Source of the DNA: a bacterium
Lineage (GTDB): Bacteria > SM23-31
Reading direction: 5' to 3'
Assembly: GCA_965249485.1 (NCBI GenBank)
Contig: OZ252239.1
Location: forward strand, 3,616,001-3,680,000
Length of the DNA: 64,000 bases
Shown: positions 61,544-64,000 of the stretch, piece after piece
How positions within the stretch are numbered: the stretch's first letter is position 1
Layout: each line of letters starts with the position of its first letter
Made by a program: the position numbers and the translations under genes
Notes under the pieces: model-generated
What the model saw: the letters and a program-made list of their open reading frames with translations, nothing else
Database searches by the model: none
What the model was told of the DNA's origin: nothing

Positions 61544-64000
61544 ATGCAGGTCAAAAAATTTTTCACACCCTCAATTGCCGCATTGCTTTTTTGCAGTGTG
61601 CTTTTTCTAACTCCAGACACCTATGGTCAGCAGCTTGTAAACGATATCATCGGCAAGGTTCATTATCGTTCAATCGGCCCGACACGACAGAGCGGCCGGA
61701 TTGTCGATTTCGCTGTTCCGATGCAGCAGACTTACACTTACTATGTAGCAGCAGCAAACGGTGGGCTATGGAAAACTGTTAATAACGGTACTACTTTTTT
61801 TCCACTTTTCGATCATCAAAATGTTTTTGCCATTGGCGATATTGCTGTTGCTCCAAGCGATCCGGACATTGTGTGGGTCGGCACAGGAGAAGCGAACAAC
61901 AGCACCACCGATCCGTACGCCACATACTGGGGTGACGGTGTCTATAAATCGACAAACGGAGGAGTATCGTGGCGAAATATGGGACTGAAAGATACGCATC
62001 AGATTGGCCGTATAATCGTTCATCCCCAAGAACCGGACATCGTCTATGTTGCGGCACTCGGCCACCTTTATAGTGAAAATGAAGAGCGTGGAGTTTTCAA
62101 ATCTACCAATGGCGGCAGGTCGTGGAAAAAATCGTTGAGTGTTGAGTATGAGGGACGACACATTAGCGTTGTCGACCTTGTGATAGACCCGTCCGATCCC
62201 GACATCCTCTATGCATCGAGTTATGACAGAATTGCCAAGCCGTGGATGTATTATGAAGGTGGCTCCGGAAGTGGCATCCATAAATCAACCGATGGCGGAG
62301 AATCATGGTCGAAGCTTACCACAGGATTGCCGAGTGAACGTGTCGGACGAATCGGATTAGCAATTGCCAGAACAAATCCTCAAATTCTCTATGCTTATGT
62401 TTTGGAAGACAGAGACGCCGACGGACGGTATGAAAATCGAATTTTCAGGAGCGATAATGGAGGCCAGCGATGGACTCAGATGACAGATGAGCCGGTAACC
62501 GGCGGGTCATATTTCGGGCAAATCAGAGTCAATCCGGCCAATGAAAATCATGTCTATGTTTTGAGTTACGGATCGATTCAGTCACGTGACGGCGGAAAAA
62601 CCTGGAGCCGTGGTTTTAAATACGGCGGTGACAATCATGCACTCTGGATTAATCCAGAGGATCCTCGCCATATACTGCTTGGCTATGATTATGGCCTTGC
62701 ACAATCATTCGATGACGGACTCAATTGGTACCATCCAGATGAACTGCCGCTTGCCCAGTTCTATGAAATCGGCGTCGATATGGACTATCCATACAATGTC
62801 TATGGTGGCACTCAGGATTTTGGCACATGGAAGGGGCCGAATACGAAAAAGGGACGGTTTCCAATCAGATTTGAAGACTGGGAACATATGCTTGGCGGTG
62901 ACGGCTACTATTCTCAAGTGGATCCATCCAACAACCGGTGGCTCTACGCCGAATCTCAGAATGGCGGGCTTTCGAAAGTCGACATGAAAACCGGAAAACG
63001 AAAAAATATAAAATACCGGGGTAATTCTAACCTCAGATTCAATTTCAGTGCACCCATACTCATTTCCCCGCATAACAGTAATGTCATTTACCACGCGGCA
63101 AATATGGTGCTCCGCTCATCATTCAGAGGTGAAAGCTGGGAAGAGATCAGCCCCGATCTGACAACCAACAATTCTGATCTTCGTGAGGTTGGTCCCCTCG
63201 CTTACTGTACAATTACAACACTTGACGAGTCTCCGGTACGGCAAGGTATAGTCTGGGTCGGCACTGATGACGGAAACGTGCAGGTTACGCAAGACGGCGG
63301 CACAACGTGGACTAAAGTGAATGATTCTATCACGGGAAATCCCGGATACTGGGTCAGCAGAGTCATTGCTTCGCATCACAATGCAGGGACAGCATATGTT
63401 TCCTACACTGGACGGAGAAGAGACGATTTCAGACCATTTGTGTATAAGACAACCGATTTCGGCCGGACATGGAAATCAATTTCCGGTAATCTGCCGGTTG
63501 ATGAGCCGGTGAATGTCATCCGTGAAGACCATAAGAATCCGAATCTCTTATTCGTCGGAACTGAAAAAGCGGTACATGTGTCCATCAATGGCGGTGATAG
63601 CTGGATAAGAATGCAGAACAATATGCCAACAGCCGGCGTACAGGATCTCGTTATCCATCCACGTGAAAACGATCTTGTGGTCGGTACCCACGGCAGGGGT
63701 TTTTACATTGCCGATATTTCTACTCTGCAAGAATTGACACCGGAAGTTCTAGCACGCAATGTGTATCTCTTTGATATCGAACCAAAAATTCAGTGGGTCA
63801 TGCCAAGCCAAAAAGCAGTAAGTGCTCAGAATTTTGAAGGGGAGAACGAGCCGCACGGTGTTGTAGTGAATTACTATTTAAAAGAGCCTGTCCGTGATGG
63901 AGTCACCATCTCTATTTATCAGGGATCGACATTGCTCAATGAGTTCGCAGGACTCAGTGATGCCGGATTGAACAATGTGGAGTGGGGAATGACGAAGCGG
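61544..64000 (+). CDS. Secreted VPS10/BNR (Asp-box) repeat glycosyl-hydrolase-like protein, truncated at the window end
   Basis: Signal peptide, RSIGP...GRI.D, GGLWKT.N.G, repeated S/T.DGG..W boxes, VGTHGRG; same frame at the start and at base 64000; absent from the ORF track because it has no stop in the window. Confidence 0.88.
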   Translation, partial: MQVKKFFTPSIAALLFCSVLFLTPDTYGQQLVNDIIGKVHYRSIGPTRQSGRIVDFAVPMQQTYTYYVAAANGGLWKTVNNGTTFFPLFDHQNVFAIGDIAVAPSDPDIVWVGTGEANNSTTDPYATYWGDGVYKSTNGGVSWRNMGLKDTHQIGRIIVHPQEPDIVYVAALGHLYSENEERGVFKSTNGGRSWKKSLSVEYEGRHISVVDLVIDPSDPDILYASSYDRIAKPWMYYEGGSGSGIHKSTDGGESWSKLTTGLPSERVGRIGLAIARTNPQILYAYVLEDRDADGRYENRIFRSDNGGQRWTQMTDEPVTGGSYFGQIRVNPANENHVYVLSYGSIQSRDGGKTWSRGFKYGGDNHALWINPEDPRHILLGYDYGLAQSFDDGLNWYHPDELPLAQFYEIGVDMDYPYNVYGGTQDFGTWKGPNTKKGRFPIRFEDWEHMLGGDGYYSQVDPSNNRWLYAESQNGGLSKVDMKTGKRKNIKYRGNSNLRFNFSAPILISPHNSNVIYHAANMVLRSSFRGESWEEISPDLTTNNSDLREVGPLAYCTITTLDESPVRQGIVWVGTDDGNVQVTQDGGTTWTKVNDSITGNPGYWVSRVIASHHNAGTAYVSYTGRRRDDFRPFVYKTTDFGRTWKSISGNLPVDEPVNVIREDHKNPNLLFVGTEKAVHVSINGGDSWIRMQNNMPTAGVQDLVIHPRENDLVVGTHGRGFYIADISTLQELTPEVLARNVYLFDIEPKIQWVMPSQKAVSAQNFEGENEPHGVVVNYYLKEPVRDGVTISIYQGSTLLNEFAGLSDAGLNNVEWGMTKR

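Noticed and set aside
61477..63730. Short ORFs listed in the track across 61.5-63.7 kb, or a fragmented gene
   Set aside because: They are shadow frames of one continuous plus-strand ORF from 61544 that runs off the window.

Overview
Bacterial chromosomal window, most likely from a diderm with mDAP peptidoglycan; an FCB-superphylum lineage is my impression only. (i) 1-13.3 kb: dcw cluster rsmH-ftsL-ftsI-murE-murF-murD-ftsW-murC-ftsQ-ftsA-ftsZ that lacks mraY and murG at their usual positions. (ii) 13.4-21 kb: mixed genes, including a decaying HDOD/hybrid-kinase pair. (iii) 21-30 kb: Rrf2-led SUF Fe-S operon containing a bacilliredoxin. (iv) 30-37.5 kb: mixed genes (DoxX, AmmeMemoRadiSam radical SAM, M20 amidohydrolase, YpdA-like reductase). 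(v) 37.5-61 kb: a largely AT-rich, mostly minus-strand envelope-modification island and the most interesting part. It encodes a 2-hydroxyethylphosphonate (HEP) route: cytidylyltransferase-PEP mutase fusion, two-subunit phosphonopyruvate decarboxylase and Fe-ADH reductase. This is coupled to CDP-alcohol phosphotransferases, a Wzx flippase, GT2 enzymes, a deacetylase, methyltransferases and three GT-C-type membrane transferases. The CDP-alcohol phosphotransferase + CT-PepM module occurs twice, and the two copies have decayed reciprocally. (vi) 61.5-64 kb: a truncated VPS10/BNR-repeat protein. No rRNA, tRNA, CRISPR array or transposase was recognised. All family calls come from motif recognition by eye, not database searches.
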